From positions 81,530,001 to 81,594,000 of the forward strand of contig NC_043006.1 in assembly GCF_006345805.1 (NCBI RefSeq): 64,000 bases of DNA, written 5' to 3'. Numbering within the stretch: the first letter of the stretch is position 1; each line of letters begins with the position of its first letter. The notes beneath the pieces are model-generated. The model made no database searches. It had not been told where the DNA came from and saw only the letters and a program-made list of their open reading frames with translations. The position numbers and the translations under genes were made by a program. Positions 25,461-39,440 of this stretch are shown here, in pieces. This stretch comes from Octopus sinensis. Lineage: Eukaryota.

Positions 25461-27019
25461 TATCTTTTTGTAATATCATTTCATTATAAACACCTGTTTG
25501 TACTATGTGCATTGTTATATCGGCTATTTGCCGATTTTGCTTTAACCAGCTTCAAAGCTTTATTTTGATTCTATCCTGTAATATGCATCGGAATGTCTCA
25601 ACACAAATGAATTCCTGCCGTCTATAATTGTTTGTCTATTGTCCTTTCTTAATATTCATTCCAGCTTTGTATTTCTTATAACCGACTCTTTTGTGCTACC
25701 GAAGTTATTAACACTGACTTAGAAGTTGGAATTTAAGAATTTCATCAGCACTAGTACTAATTCGGTGCTTATCCATTCTATTCTTACACTAGTGTCTTCT
25801 TATTCACTACATATATATATATATTAGTTTATACAAGTTAACTTTGACGATAAATACGAAGGCTATTTCCATTAGGTCCTTTACTCGATCGAGCACGGCA
25901 GAGGTAGTGGAAATAATTATTTTTCTATCTGCTGCTGTGTAAATTCATTTGAAAAACAGGCTGGATGAAACTGCGTTTCGAGACACGTAATCCTAGCTTA
26001 TATCACAACAATTAACATAAACACTCCATTTTCTCCTGAACACTCTCACATGTGCCTTTGAGAGCCACACCACCTTTGTTCATCACTCACTATTTCCTCC
26101 CCACCTACGTTAGTCTCACTTCAACCTATATCACTGTGCATCCTTCTCTCACTCCCACATGTCACATGATTCTCCTTATTTCACATCTTTCTTCAGCATT
26201 ATTATGCTCTTGCTCTTCACCTCCTTTCATTTTTACTACCATTTATCATCTCCTCTTTCTCCGTGACCTATTCCTATTTCCTTCACATTCTTCCCCAAGT
26301 AATTATGATCATTGACTACGCCTTCACTCCCGCTCACAAAACGCTGCATTCATCTCTTACCATCTTTCGCTCTCCTTTCACACTCAAATGAACATACATA
26401 TTATACACCCACCTTTACCGATACTTTGTGTGTTCTCACTTGTGCCTTGTGTTTGCATCCCGAAACGTCATCACCCAATCATTTTACTTTCTTCCAAGCT
26501 TCGGTAGCTTCGTATCTCCTCTGCAAGAAAACACCCGGTCATGTCCTTCAATCGTATTTTACCCTCTCAACACCTAGCATTAAGTCACCCTCACTCAATA
26601 CTACACCACCTTTCAATTGAGGGATCTAATCTTTCGAGTTACTTGCTGACGCGCCCACTGCATTCTGCAAAATGGTTGGCATGAGTAAAGACCTGCAGCC
26701 TCAGAAACCATGCTAAAGCAAACATTGGAACTCAAATCAGTTTGCTGTCTCGTCAGACCATGTCGGTGATAATGATGACGATGGTGGTAGTGGCGGTGAT
26801 GACGACGACGACGATAACGACGACTACGACGACACGCTACATTTTCATAATGTATTCCCCACTCTTATATTTTTTGAGCCCCCAAACCAAGCAATCTATA
26901 TTTATATATATTTCTTTGCGTGTGTTTATATGAACATGTGTGTATTTGTCTGTATGCACACGAAGATGTATAAACCGTTAATCTCTACAAACTTTTTCTC
27001 TCTCTCTGTTTTTTTTTTC

Positions 27020-27150
27020 CTCTTAATCCTTTCGCTCGAAGAGCGTAGGCTCGAAACGTAAAAACTTTTTCCATCCTTCCCGAGCGTTAAACTAATATAC
27101 CTGCTTGTTGCTCGTACACCTGTCTTCGTCTTTTGTTTTCTGTGAATTTG
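27020..27150 (+). mobile_element. Probable Penelope-like terminal fragment
   Basis: GAAGAGCGTAGGCTCGAAACGTAAAA...CACCTGTCTTCGTC is shared with 45300-45415. Confidence 0.55.
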
Positions 27151-27732
27151 ATATATGCGTGTGTGTGTGTGTGTGTGTTTGTGTGTATGGTGTGTATGTG
27201 TATGATTACCTTTCTTGTATGGCAATAGCATGATTGGTAATTCAAGACAGGTATAGTCTGAGATGTGATGGTTTATATCTGCCTTTCCTTTTAACATGGC
27301 AGACATGACTTACGGTAAGTCTTTTTCATTCTGCTGGAAAATCTCCTTACAAAAATTTATATATAAATATACGTACGAACAGATATGTGTATATATATAA
27401 ATGTGTGTGCATGTATGTATGTATGTATGTATGTTAGAGCATCCTTCTAGGAGAAGGTAACTCAGGTAACTGGAATAACTCCGACATAAAACCTGCGGCT
27501 CAGTGGTTACCGACGATGTTGACTTGTTCTTCTTTTCAGATTATGGCTGCTGTTGCTTAGTGATTGGGATTGACTCAGTGCACAGCCTTTCCTCTCTTTA
27601 AAAAAAATCTTCTTGCACAGGCATTGCACGATAACAACATTGATTTAGCTTTGTGCAATGGCCATACTCGATAACGAGGGGGCAGCCACCATGTGTGTGT
27701 GTATGTATGTATGTATGTATGTATGTATACTG

Positions 27733-27907
27733 TTCAAAACAGTTTTATTCGGATTCCATGTTACTTCAAGTTTCAAAAGCCTTAACGGAGCCTTTCTCTT
27801 GAGGCTCACCTCTCCGGTTATTCGGATTATTAGCATATGACGAGGAAGACTCTGTTAAGGCCTTCGAAACTTGAAGCAACATGGAATTTGGACCAAACTG
27901 TTTTGAA
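27733..27907. mobile_element. Foldback/MITE-like inverted repeat, 66-bp arms
   Basis: 27733-27798 versus the reverse complement of 27842-27907: about 55/66 identical. Confidence 0.7.
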
Positions 27908-28329
27908 TAATGCATCTAACTCCCAACAAATGTGGTGACTGCCCTTTCTTTCGTTTATCCACTCATATATATATATATAGTGTAATAAATAAAATATATA
28001 TATGCACGCATACATACATACACATTCACCACACACACACACAGACACACGCACACTCACACACACACCACATATATATTTTCATATATCTGTGTATGCA
28101 TGAGGGTGTATATATATGTATGAAGCCTTCAGAGGGAAATTATTCTCTCTGACTTCGCAAAACAGTCTAACGAAAGCTGAAACATCGAAGTCACTGACAA
28201 CCTTCTCTTTGTTAACGTGTGATAAATATACACTTTAATACATGGTTTTTCGTGATCGTTCAGATTGATAATATAAAGTTTATATATATAAATTTACATA
28301 AAAACAAATATTAATACGCACATAATCAT

Positions 28330-28610
28330 ATGGTTTCAAATTTTGGCACGAGACCAGCAATTTTGGGGAAGGGGCTAAATCGATTGCATTGACCCCAGTA
28401 TTCAATTCGTACTTATTTTATCAACCTTGCAAGGATGAAAGGCAAAGTTGCCCTCGCGCGGAATATGAACTCAGAACGTAAAGACGGACGAAATGCCCTG
28501 CTAACGTTTCCACCTGCGGCGGACCGGCGTCCCGTCCAGGTGGAGAACCTATACGCCAAGGAAACCGGCCCTAATGAGCCAGGCTTGGCTCGAGAAGGAA
28601 CAAACATAGA
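28330..28610. mobile_element. Truncated family B SINE (-) abutting a family C type-2 tail (+)
   Basis: Junction near 28512; the tail matches the reverse complement of 17385-17470. Confidence 0.8.
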
Positions 28611-29319
28611 TAGACATAAGCGCACAACACACGCACACACATACATGTATACTTATGTGAGTGTGTGTGTGTGTGAGTGTGTGTGTGCATGAGTGTGTGT
28701 GCGCGCGCGCGTGTGTGTGTACATAAGTGAGTGAAAGAACGAACAGAAGTTGCACTCAACATATGTAGTTGGAATTGTATTTCTTGAGTAACAGGTTGAC
28801 CTCGTATTACTCCATACATATATGTGTGCATGAGTGCGTATGTGTCTGTTCGCGCGTAAGTATATGTGTATGTGTATGTGTGTGCGCGTGTGCGTGTGTG
28901 TAATATAGATATATAGATATACACATAACTCTTATTAGTTACAGTATTGTATTACGAGCCGGCTGAGGTGTGGCTTAATGAGTTTTAGTTCATCATATTG
29001 ATCGCATTACGTAATATGTTCAAACTCATTTTATCGACCTTACGAATATTTATCGATCTCTGAGAGGAGTTACCTACATTTTACAACATGGATTATCCTA
29101 ATGTGTTTACATTATTTTACACCGGTATACACGATTATAAACGCGCATGCGCATTCGCGCACTTACCCAGCCGCACACGGAGATACACGCATGTACCCAC
29201 AGGCATAGTGAAATTCGTTTGTCTGGGTAAATTCTTATGCAGAGGGTAAAAGTGATATCTAACACTTATTCACTTATGGATTGTCCCTACGTCTGATAAT
29301 AAATATATATATATACTCT

Positions 29320-29557
29320 TACTCTTTTACTCTTTTACTTGTTTCAGTCATTTGGCTGCGGCCATGCTGGAACACCGCCTTTAGTCGAGCAAATCGACCC
29401 CAGGACTTATTTTTGTAAGCCTAGTACTTATTCTATCGGTCTCTTTTTGCCGGACCGCTAAGTTACGGGGATGTAAACACACCAGCATCGGTTGTCAAGC
29501 GATGTGGGGGGGGGGCAAGCACAGACACACAAACATACACACACACATATATGTATG

Positions 29558-29610
<53 letters not shown>

Positions 29611-29619
29611 GTATATATG

Positions 29620-29690
<71 letters not shown>

Positions 29691-29725
29691 CATATATACA
29701 TATATACATATATATATATATAGAC
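29320..29725 (-). mobile_element. SINE family A 3' half running into (TA)n
   Basis: Matches the 3' half of the other family A copies. Confidence 0.85.
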
Positions 29726-30938
29726 ATGGAGAAAGAGAGGAAGCATTCAGAGATCTACAGATCGAACTGAGTAAGTTTGTCCTTATTGCATGTGAACTGT
29801 CGGGGTTAATTGACATGATGTCTTTAATATATCCATTCATCATGGGTATGTGTAAACGTATTTGCCGAACTGATTTATAAATGAACTTTCTTCCTGCCTT
29901 CTTATTCATTTTAGTTATTTTCGTTCTTTTCCCTATTCCTGCTGCTAGCCGCCTGTTATCTTCCTTTCTATCTAAACGCAGCCATGACCGAATGGTTAAG
30001 AACGTTGTTGTGAAACCATGACGCCTTGGATTCGATCCCATCATGTGGTATCTAGGGCGTCTGTCTTTTTCTAAAGGTTTTAGCTTCGAAACCGTGTGAT
30101 ATTGTTACATAGTTCCCAATGAAAGACTCACTACAGGGTTGGTTTATATATTATAAACTGCAGCCAAATTTCTCCCAAATCATAGTCTACACTCTTTGTA
30201 GAGGAAAGACAGCTTCGACATTGGAGTCCTAGACGCGGTGGATTATTCATCGATTTCAATGATCATTTATTTGACCGACCAAATGAATTACCTCATCGTT
30301 AAAAATAATGTACAGTCCGCTGTCACTCGTGTGCGAGTTTGACTTGATAACATGTAACAATTCTTTCGTAGTTTCGCCAATAGTTTTAGGTACGTATATA
30401 GCTGCAAGCAGACAGATTTCTCTCAGCCACTTGACACTTGACTCAGCAGTAAATATCCGATGTAACTGTTGGTAGAAGGAAGAGCTTTTCCAGCGCCCGG
30501 AAAGTATTACTTTACAGATGCGTAGACTAGAGCAACGTGGAATGGAGTGTCTTGCTCAAGGACACAATACAGATCCCTAACGACACACTTTCACAGCTAT
30601 TCGTTATATATGCTGAAAATTCCACGGACAAGAATAGAGAAACGCAGTACAGCTAGCCGTCACTCACGAGCGAATATGGCCTCATAATATGCACCATGCC
30701 TTTGATAATTATTTTCGGTGCCAATGCAATAGCGTGGAGACATCGACAGACATTCGGTCATTTCATCCTTGAAACCTTAGCACTTCCAGGGAAACTGCAC
30801 GGAAGCCCGTTGGATGGGCTGCTCCTGTTATTCAAGGAACCAGCGTTGTCGCATATTGTCATCACGCCGATTCCGCTTTTTGTATAAACTCAGTCATCTG
30901 CACGATAGTTTGAGAGGGACAGAGAGAGAGAGAGAGGG

Positions 30939-30995
<57 letters not shown>

Positions 30996-31885
30996 GCAAG
31001 GGCACTCGATAGGTACTCCTTTATGCCTGAGTAGACTGAAACAACGTGGTATGAAGTGCTTTTAAAGGACACGACACCCTGCCCGGTTCAAGAATGGAAC
31101 TTACAGCCTTATCACAACGACCCGGGACGCTCTAACCAGTAGGCCACGCTCCTTCTTCATACCAAATCATTAAATGTAAGCGTAAGTGACTTAAACTTCC
31201 GCAGGTACGAGTAACTCGTTGCGTAATTCTCGAGTAGTGACGAGTTATGTGACAAGATTAGACCATTTAATTACATGCATAACCAGCTCGGTCGACGGGT
31301 TTCAACGATCTTTTATTCTGCCCAATTCATTCACAATGGTCGTGGCAGTCAATTCGAAGCTATAGTGTCATATAATAATCGTTCTTTATTTGCGCTGCGC
31401 CACATACATACCAATTAGTCGTACATTGTTTAATAGGCGGCATTTGTTTGTTTTGGCCTTATCTGCGCATCTCTTCATTAATACTTCAACGAACAAAGAC
31501 GAAAACACAAAACGAAGCGCGCGCACATACACACATACACACATATACACACACATACACACTATCGCTCTTTCCCTTTCTTTCTGTGTTTCTCGCCTTC
31601 TCTCCCTTCACGCCTTCTCTCTCTTTCACGCATTCTCTCTCTCTTACCCTTTCTCTCCTTCTCGCCTTCTCTCTCTTTCACGCATTCTCTCTCTCTTACC
31701 CTTTCTCTCCTTCTCGCCTTCTTTCTCTTTCACGCCTTCTCTCTCTCTCTCTTCTCCTTCTCTCTCCCTTTCTTTCCTTCTTTCTTTCTTTCTCGCCTTC
31801 TCTCTCTTTCTGTCTCCCTGTCCCTTTCTCTCCTTCTCTTTCTCTCTCCCTTTCTTTCTTTCTCGCGTTCTCTCTCTTTCCCTTT

Positions 31886-32607
31886 CTCTGTGATCGTCGC
31901 ATTGACCATGACGAAGAAAGTTGTCATGGCGATACCTGCTCAGAGGCCTACGCAAATTTGCAGAAAGTGTATGGAGAGGAGTGTATGAGCCGTACACAAG
32001 TGTACAAGTGGCTCAGACGTTTCCAAGATGGCCGAAAAAAAGGTCGATATTGACGAACGTTCTAGGAGACCGTCGAGCGGCAGGACTGCGGAAAACATCA
32101 CCGTTGTGCGTACAGCTGTGAAGGGAAATCATCGAATCACCATCCGTGAGTCACCAGAGGATATGCAGATTAATTACGGTTCAGTTCAGTCCATTATCAC
32201 TGAATATTTTGGTATGAGACTCGTGTCTGTCGAGTTTGTGACAAACTGCTTTCAGCTGGCTAAAAAGACATTTCGGTTTCAGTTGAACAAGATCTTGATC
32301 ATGTTGAGACCGATGAAAACTTCTTGAAAACTTTGCGTAGGCCTCTGAGCAGGGATCAGCCAGCTTTTGGTAAAATTTGATGCAGATTCTCTGCTCAACT
32401 TTCTCTGTCATGGTCAATGCCACGATCACACACTACACACGTTCCTTCCAAGCACTTCTGTAAACAGCGAAAGTGAGATAGAACGTTAAAATTTAGTGCG
32501 TATGCACAGCAGATTTCAAGGTCAATCTGTGGCAAGCGACTTTACTCTGGGTGCTTCAGCTTTGTTACTATGGCAACAGTCCGTATATTTATTCATCAAA
32601 CCACGTA
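31886..32607. mobile_element. Mariner remnant: N-terminal transposase fragment (+) joined to an inverted second 5' end with TIR (-)
   Basis: Plus strand GDTCSEAYANLQKVYGEECMSRTQVYKWLRRFQDGR...RPSSGRTAENI...RITIRE; minus strand MTEKVEQRICIKFYQKL; the TIR ends at 32605 followed by TA. Confidence 0.9.
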
Positions 32608-32924
32608 TATATATATATGTATAGTGTTCACACACACTCACATACACACACGCACGCACACACATATACACACGCATACGCGCACAGACACAAGCGTTGT
32701 GATGAGCCATGATTTTGCATACAAAAAAAACTTAATGAGAAATATATTTCCTTAATGCTGCCAGACATACGCATGCATTTTGTTGTCCACCTGTCTGTCT
32801 GTCGGTCGATCTGTCTCCCTTCCTTTATCTCTCTCTTTTTCTCTGAATATATATACACACACATAAATATACACACGCACAAACATGTATATGTGCATGT
32901 ACATATGCATACATATATATATTG

Positions 32925-33256
32925 CCAGTATGGCTTAGTGGTTAGGGGCATTCGGCTCATGATCTTAAGGTTGTGAGTTCGATTCCCGGCGACGCGTTGT
33001 GCCCTTGAGCAAGACACTTTATTTCACGTTGCTTCGGTCCACTCATCTGGCAAAAATTAGTAGTACCTGTATTTCAGAAAAGGGCCAGCCTTGTACACTG
33101 GAGAAAACCTTGTCACACTGGAGAAAACCAGCCAGCTCCCTAATGTCCTGGTTTGTTTGTGGAATGCTCAGCCACTTGCACGTTAATTTCTCGAGCAAGC
33201 TGTTCCGTTGATCGTAACAGCTGGGACCCTCGTCGTCGTAACCGACGGAGTGCTCC
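32925..33256 (+). mobile_element. SINE family D
   Basis: Head TGGCTTAGTGGTTAGG...GAGTTCGATTCC; CCTTGAGCAAGACAC central domain; tail CTCGTCGTCGTAACCGACGGAGTGC. Confidence 0.9.
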
Positions 33257-33276
33257 CATATATAGATGTATGTGTA

Positions 33277-33654
33277 TGGAGGCACAATGGCCCTGTGGTT
33301 AGGGCAGCGGACTCGCAGTCATAGGATCGCGGTTTCGATTCCCAGACCGGGCGTTGTGAGTGTTTATTGAGCGAAAACACCTAAAGCTCCACGAGGCTCC
33401 GGCAGGGGATGGTGGCGATCCCTGCTGTACTCTTTCACCACTTTCTCTCACTCTCACTTCCTGTTTCTGTTGTACCTGTATTTCAAAGGGCCGGCCTTGT
33501 CACTCTCTGTGTCACGCTGAATATCCCCGAGAACTACGTTAAGGGTACACGTGTCTGTGGAGTGCTCAGCCACTTACACGTTAATTTCACGAGCAGGCTG
33601 TTCCGTTGATCGGATCAACCGGAACCCTCGTCGTCGTAACCGACGGAGTGCTCC
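33277..33654 (+). mobile_element. SINE family C, tail type 1, full length
   Basis: Head TGGCCCTGTGGTTAGGGCAGCGGACTCGC...GGTTTCGATTCC; same tail as family D. Confidence 0.92.
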
Positions 33655-34049
33655 CATATATAGATGTATGTGTGTGTATGTACGTGTGTGTGGTGTGTAT
33701 GAGGGTGTTTGTGTATGTACTTACCTGTGTGTATGTTTCTGTGGATATATTTACGTATGTCAGTTAATCTCTGCAAGTACATTCGTGTTTCGTTGATGTT
33801 GATGCCTTTATCTTTACATAAACTTTTCCCGCATTTCCCGACTTTCATTCGAAATAGTATGTACAGTATGAGCAAACGGTTAAGAAATTCGCTTCGCAAC
33901 AGCATGGGGCCATGGGCAAATGTCGTTTACTAAAACCTCAGGTCGACACATACCTGATGAATACAACTATGTTGATAAAAACTGTATAAAAGAAACCCAT
34001 CGGGTAGATTGTACGAGGGTGAGTCGGAAAGTATCTTTCAGTTTCCATG

Positions 34050-34705
34050 TCTTACTTGTTTCGCTCATTAGACTGCAGTCCTGCTGGGGCACCGCCTTGT
34101 ATTCTTAGTCGAATGAATAGACCCCTGTATTTAGTTTTAAGCTTCGTACTCACTCTACCGGTCTCTTTTGCCGAACTGCACGGTTAGGGGGACATAAACA
34201 CACTAACACCGGTTGTCAAGTTGTGATTAGAGACACACACAGATACAAAGACACACACATATAGATGTATATATACATATAAAGTTAATCCAAACAAGAA
34301 AACAAAAAAGACAACAACGCAAGGACGTGGAACAAAAATAAAGTATTATTGGACGCTCAGGAAAGAAGGGAAGAAGGAGACGACGGGCTTCTCTCAGTTT
34401 CCGTCTACCGAATCCACTCATGTGGCTTTAGTCGGCCCGAGATTATAGCACAAGACACTTGCCCAAGGTGTCACGCAGTGGTACTGAACCCAGAACCATT
34501 TGGCTGGAAAACAAGTTTCTTATTTCTTTATTGCCCACAAGTGGCTAAACATAGAGGGGCAAATAAGGACAGACAAACGGATTAAGTCGATTACGTAACT
34601 GGTATTTAATTTATCGACCCTGAAAGGATGAAAGGCAAAGTCGACCTCGGCGGAATTTGAATGCTTAGCGGTATTTCGCCCGGCGTGCTAATGTTCCGCC
34701 ACCTT
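34050..34705 (-). mobile_element. Cluster: family A halves split by a probable PLE terminal fragment (34270-34385), then a family B copy
   Basis: Segments match the respective full-length copies. Confidence 0.75.
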
Positions 34706-35312
34706 CTTACCACACAGACACGCCTGTGCCTTCTTCCTACACAGTCACGCCCGCACCTGAGGGTTATATTCATTTGCACTACTGTCTGACTCATCCTCGT
34801 ATATATATGAGGTTAAATCAAAACCTAATGGAAGCAAAACTTGCATTTCTGAATCGCCCTTGTGTTTGTAATTCAAAAGCTACAAAATTGTTGCACGCTT
34901 CGTCACACTAGTTTTCCATGAGAATTACCTTACATTTCCATTTGCGTGTGTGGAATACTCAAGCATTTAGTTTAGAAACAGGTAATTCTGTTGAACGAAC
35001 ACCTGGAACCACGTTGTCAAACGACGAAGATCCATCAAAACTAGAAACAATTGTTCCATTGTAATATATTTCCTGTTGCATATTGAACCCGTTCTCAATT
35101 GCTCTCAGCTGCTTCAAAAGGATTCCTTATTCTTTTGGTCTTTCAATAATTATTCCTTTACATAATTTCTCATAGCTTTGTATTGAGCTTTCTTTGAAAC
35201 TGCTTTTTAAACACGAATTTTCTCATAATTTTAGGACAGACTCCCACAACAAGCTCTTTAGCTATGGCACACACAGGGAATTCTACATATCATCTCACTC
35301 TCTCTCTCTCTC

Positions 35313-35370
<58 letters not shown>

Positions 35371-35469
35371 CACCTTCCCCCACGCTGCAATTATTTTCGT
35401 TTCAGCACACGATCTCAAATCAAATTACTTGCTATGCGAGTACATCTCCTATATATATATTATATATAT

Positions 35470-35527
<58 letters not shown>

Positions 35528-35676
35528 TGTATATATCTGTCTCCATCTCTCTATCACGTTCTCTTTCGTTCTCTCTCTTTCTCCCTCTCACTTTCTCTCT
35601 CTCTCTCTCTCTCCTCACACACACGCATACAATAAACCCGCACCACGAATATACTACTTATAATGAACATTCAGAA

Positions 35677-35743
<67 letters not shown>

Positions 35744-35755
35744 TACAATATATCT

Positions 35756-35861
<106 letters not shown>

Positions 35862-35954
35862 AATAAAATAGAATATATGCATATATATAAACATATATGT
35901 ACGTTACCTACCTCTACATGTACATATACACGCATATATGTGTAAAGGACACCA

Positions 35955-36732
35955 AAAAGACGTCGAACACATAGAGAGACGAAACACATAGACACAAAAC
36001 CAAGGAACAAGACAAGCAAAAAAAAGGGAGAGATACAGGACAATAAGCACAATGAAAAATCCCCTTCTTCAGTCGCTAAGATTTTCTACTAAACGTTTCG
36101 AAGGATAAAAGCGAGAGACGTATACTTCGAAGAAAAATTCCTTCCCGCGAAAAGCAAATCAATTAAAATTCTGAGATCTTTTCGCAGAGGGGTAAAGAAA
36201 AGCAAGACGGTAACCGGTACACAACACATATAAACAGTAAAAAATATATATACAAACAGTGGAAAAATAAATATATAACAGTGAGAGACAGGACAAGGAG
36301 AACAAGATAAGAAGGGCTGTTAACGCCAGACGAAAAAAGTATTGCAAATGCTGGATTATCGTGGAAGACGAGAGAGGGAAAATTTGTCGACCAGAAGCCT
36401 TACAAGGCGGGCGAGAAAAGACAGGATAGCAGTTACGACGGAAGTATCGTCGCAGATGGATGACGGGAATGGGGGGGAGGAGCAAGAGGAAGAGAGAGAG
36501 AGAAGAGAGAAGAGGGGAATGGTGCGAGGAGACCATGAAGAATGGTGTGAAGGGAGAGAGAGAATGAAGATGGAGAGAGAGGAAGCGACAAGTTAAGTGA
36601 GGGAAAAAAAAGAGACGAAAAAGGGAATGGGAGAGAAAGAAGAAAGATGCAGAGTCGCGTGAGAGTTAATATCAAGGCTAACTTGATAAACAGAACAATC
36701 TTACTTATAGGGTGCGTGCGTTTAGTCGTATA
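35955..36732 (-). mobile_element. Probable Penelope-like terminal fragment flanked by ~100-bp direct repeats
   Basis: Minus-strand CGAAACGTT...CTGAAGAAGGGG motif; 35855-35954 is repeated at 36733-36831. Confidence 0.5.
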
Positions 36733-36830
36733 ATATGTTAATAAAATAGAATATATGCATATATATAAACATATATGTACGTACCTACCTCTACATGTAC
36801 ATATACACGCATATATGTGTACAGGACACC

Positions 36831-36892
<62 letters not shown>

Positions 36893-37541
36893 TTATTATG
36901 GTAGTTTTGATGCGTGAGGCATTTATGTGTGTTAATACCCTTAATATAAATAAATATATTTAAAGGGAATAATTCATAATTTTTTTCCTTTTTGAGGTTT
37001 TTCACGCTGACTACTTGATAAATTCTTATATATAAAGATTTTATCCTATATATATATATATATATATATGTACGTAAATATACATGTACATTCACGAATT
37101 TATGTACGTATGCTATATATACTTATATGTTTATAACTATTTCCTTATAAGTTAATTCCTGTTATGTATTTTATACTCAAACACACATGCATACACGCAC
37201 AGACGTACACGCCGTATCCCAACTCCAACCACCACGCATCCCCCATCCTACCACACAAGTAGAGACGTACAGTCTGGGTAAACAGCAATGTAAACAGCGC
37301 CTACACAGAATAAAACCGCCAATATCAATTATTAAATTGGGAAAACAAGTGATTTCCAATTCATTATAAACATTAATTAAAAGCATGAAATTAAATGTAA
37401 AAGATAGCGAAAAGCTAATATTTTGAGCATTTATAATTAAACACAACTTCATGATTGTGTCTGTGCGTGTGCGTGTATATTTTTTTGTCTATGTGTATGT
37501 TTCTGTGTTTGCCTGTGGGAGTGTGTATGTATGTGTGTGTG

Positions 37542-37572
<31 letters not shown>

Positions 37573-37819
37573 CTGTGTGTGTGTGTGAGTGTGCGTACTT
37601 ACGCATGATTGCAAAACAACGAGCAGTAAATATATTACGGGAATAAATTAAATAACATGTCATAAAGTAGAAAAAAAATTGCTAACTTTTCTCAGTCTCG
37701 AAGCGTTTAATGGAGACTAAAGAGTATGTGCTTTCCTGTAATGATTTGGTTAAAGCGTACCTTATTCCTATGCGAATATCTGAAAATGGATATGTATGTA
37801 TGTATGTATCTATGTATGC

Positions 37820-37911
<92 letters not shown>

Positions 37912-38065
37912 GTACTTAATTTATCGACCCCTAAAGGATAAAGGCAATGTATATATGTATGTATATATGCATAGACAGAAAGATCGATCGATAGATAGGT
38001 AGGTAGATAGATATGTTTCTTTATTAGCCACACAGGGCTGCACACAGAGATAGATAGATAGGTAT

Positions 38066-38136
<71 letters not shown>

Positions 38137-38449
38137 GATAAATAGATATGTTTCTTCATTAGCCACGCAGGGCTGAACACAGAGAGGACAAATTACAAAG
38201 TAGAGCTTTCCTTTTGGGGGAGAAAAAAGGGACGGGGGTAGGTTTTCGGTCAATAATATCACATGTAAACACATTTATTTGCAAGTAAGTAACTCACTGC
38301 TTTAATTTTTTCCGGGTTCATAGGATTATGCTCAAGGTGGCTTCGTCATTCATACGTGCCATCCTTGCTACATTCACCCATCTTTTTTTGAAACATTCGC
38401 TAGACAAAGCTTGCCGCTCTACTTTCACTTTCCGTTACAAATGATACTT

Positions 38450-38527
<78 letters not shown>

Positions 38528-38785
38528 CTGATTGATAGATAGATAGACTGATTGATAGACAGACAGACAGATAGATAAACATTTATAAATACATAGACAA
38601 TTTCAATTAAAAATTGAGGTATTTTATTTATGTAGCGGATAAATTATGTAAACATATTTTACTCCGTTCTGTGTTCGTTTCATATGATTCAAAAGATAGC
38701 CCAAAGAACGATTCATTCTCAGACAATGGTAAAGCGAGTTTACAGAGCATGTAACAGTGTCACATGCCCTATAGCCTATCGTTAC

Positions 38786-39440
38786 CATTGTATACGAGAG
38801 TAATATTCCAATAATTGAATTCAGTGAAATACTTGATGGATTCGTAGTATGGTTTCCAAGATTCTTTTAAGATACGGATGTTACCCAGCTAATGTTCCTA
38901 GATAGTGCCAAACTAACAGCAACAACAACAAAGCAAAACGTTACTTAGATAAGACTGCAGTGGATGGGATATGTAGACACTACAGTGTCTGTAATAATAG
39001 AAAGAGATCCAAATGAATAGTGGTTGATATTCGAAGCGATGCTGAAATGCATCATAAAAAGCAAAATATTTTATGGACAATATTGTTTCAATGTTTGAAA
39101 ATTTTGCAATGACAGTTGTTGTTAAAAATAACAAAAGAAAAAAATGAAGTTGGAAAGCACTGCAGTGTATAACAAATGTAGAATGTGCAATATCTGGCAA
39201 TAGTGGAAAAGAAACTAGTGGGAAACGGTCGGGGTTCGACAGAACATTAAATGCAAACGAAAGCGCCGTTTATGCGATAATGCCTTCCTTTGCAATCTAC
39301 ACCATAAGATGCCTTACTATTGAGTAGTACATCTTTCGAAAGGCAGAGGAGAAATAGTTTCTTGTTTGGAAACGTGTAAAGTTTGCCAACATGAAGAGCA
39401 TCTGTTTTCGTCTGACTCATGCCAGAGTTGAAATGTGAAT
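38786..39440 (-). CDS. Candidate three-exon coding segment (39440-39318, 39193-38945, 38863-38786), unknown protein
   Basis: All GT-AG, all phase 1-1, joining into about 150 open codons; see findings. Confidence 0.3.

Noticed and set aside
26040-26730. Pyrimidine-skewed stretch, probably an old LINE remnant
   Set aside because: No motif could be recovered by manual translation, so it is left unclassified.
33277-33350. tRNA-like sequences with A and B boxes (also 17620, 49557, 52030, 59845)
   Set aside because: They continue into SINE bodies, several have TSDs, and none has a complete acceptor stem; they are SINE heads, not tRNA genes.
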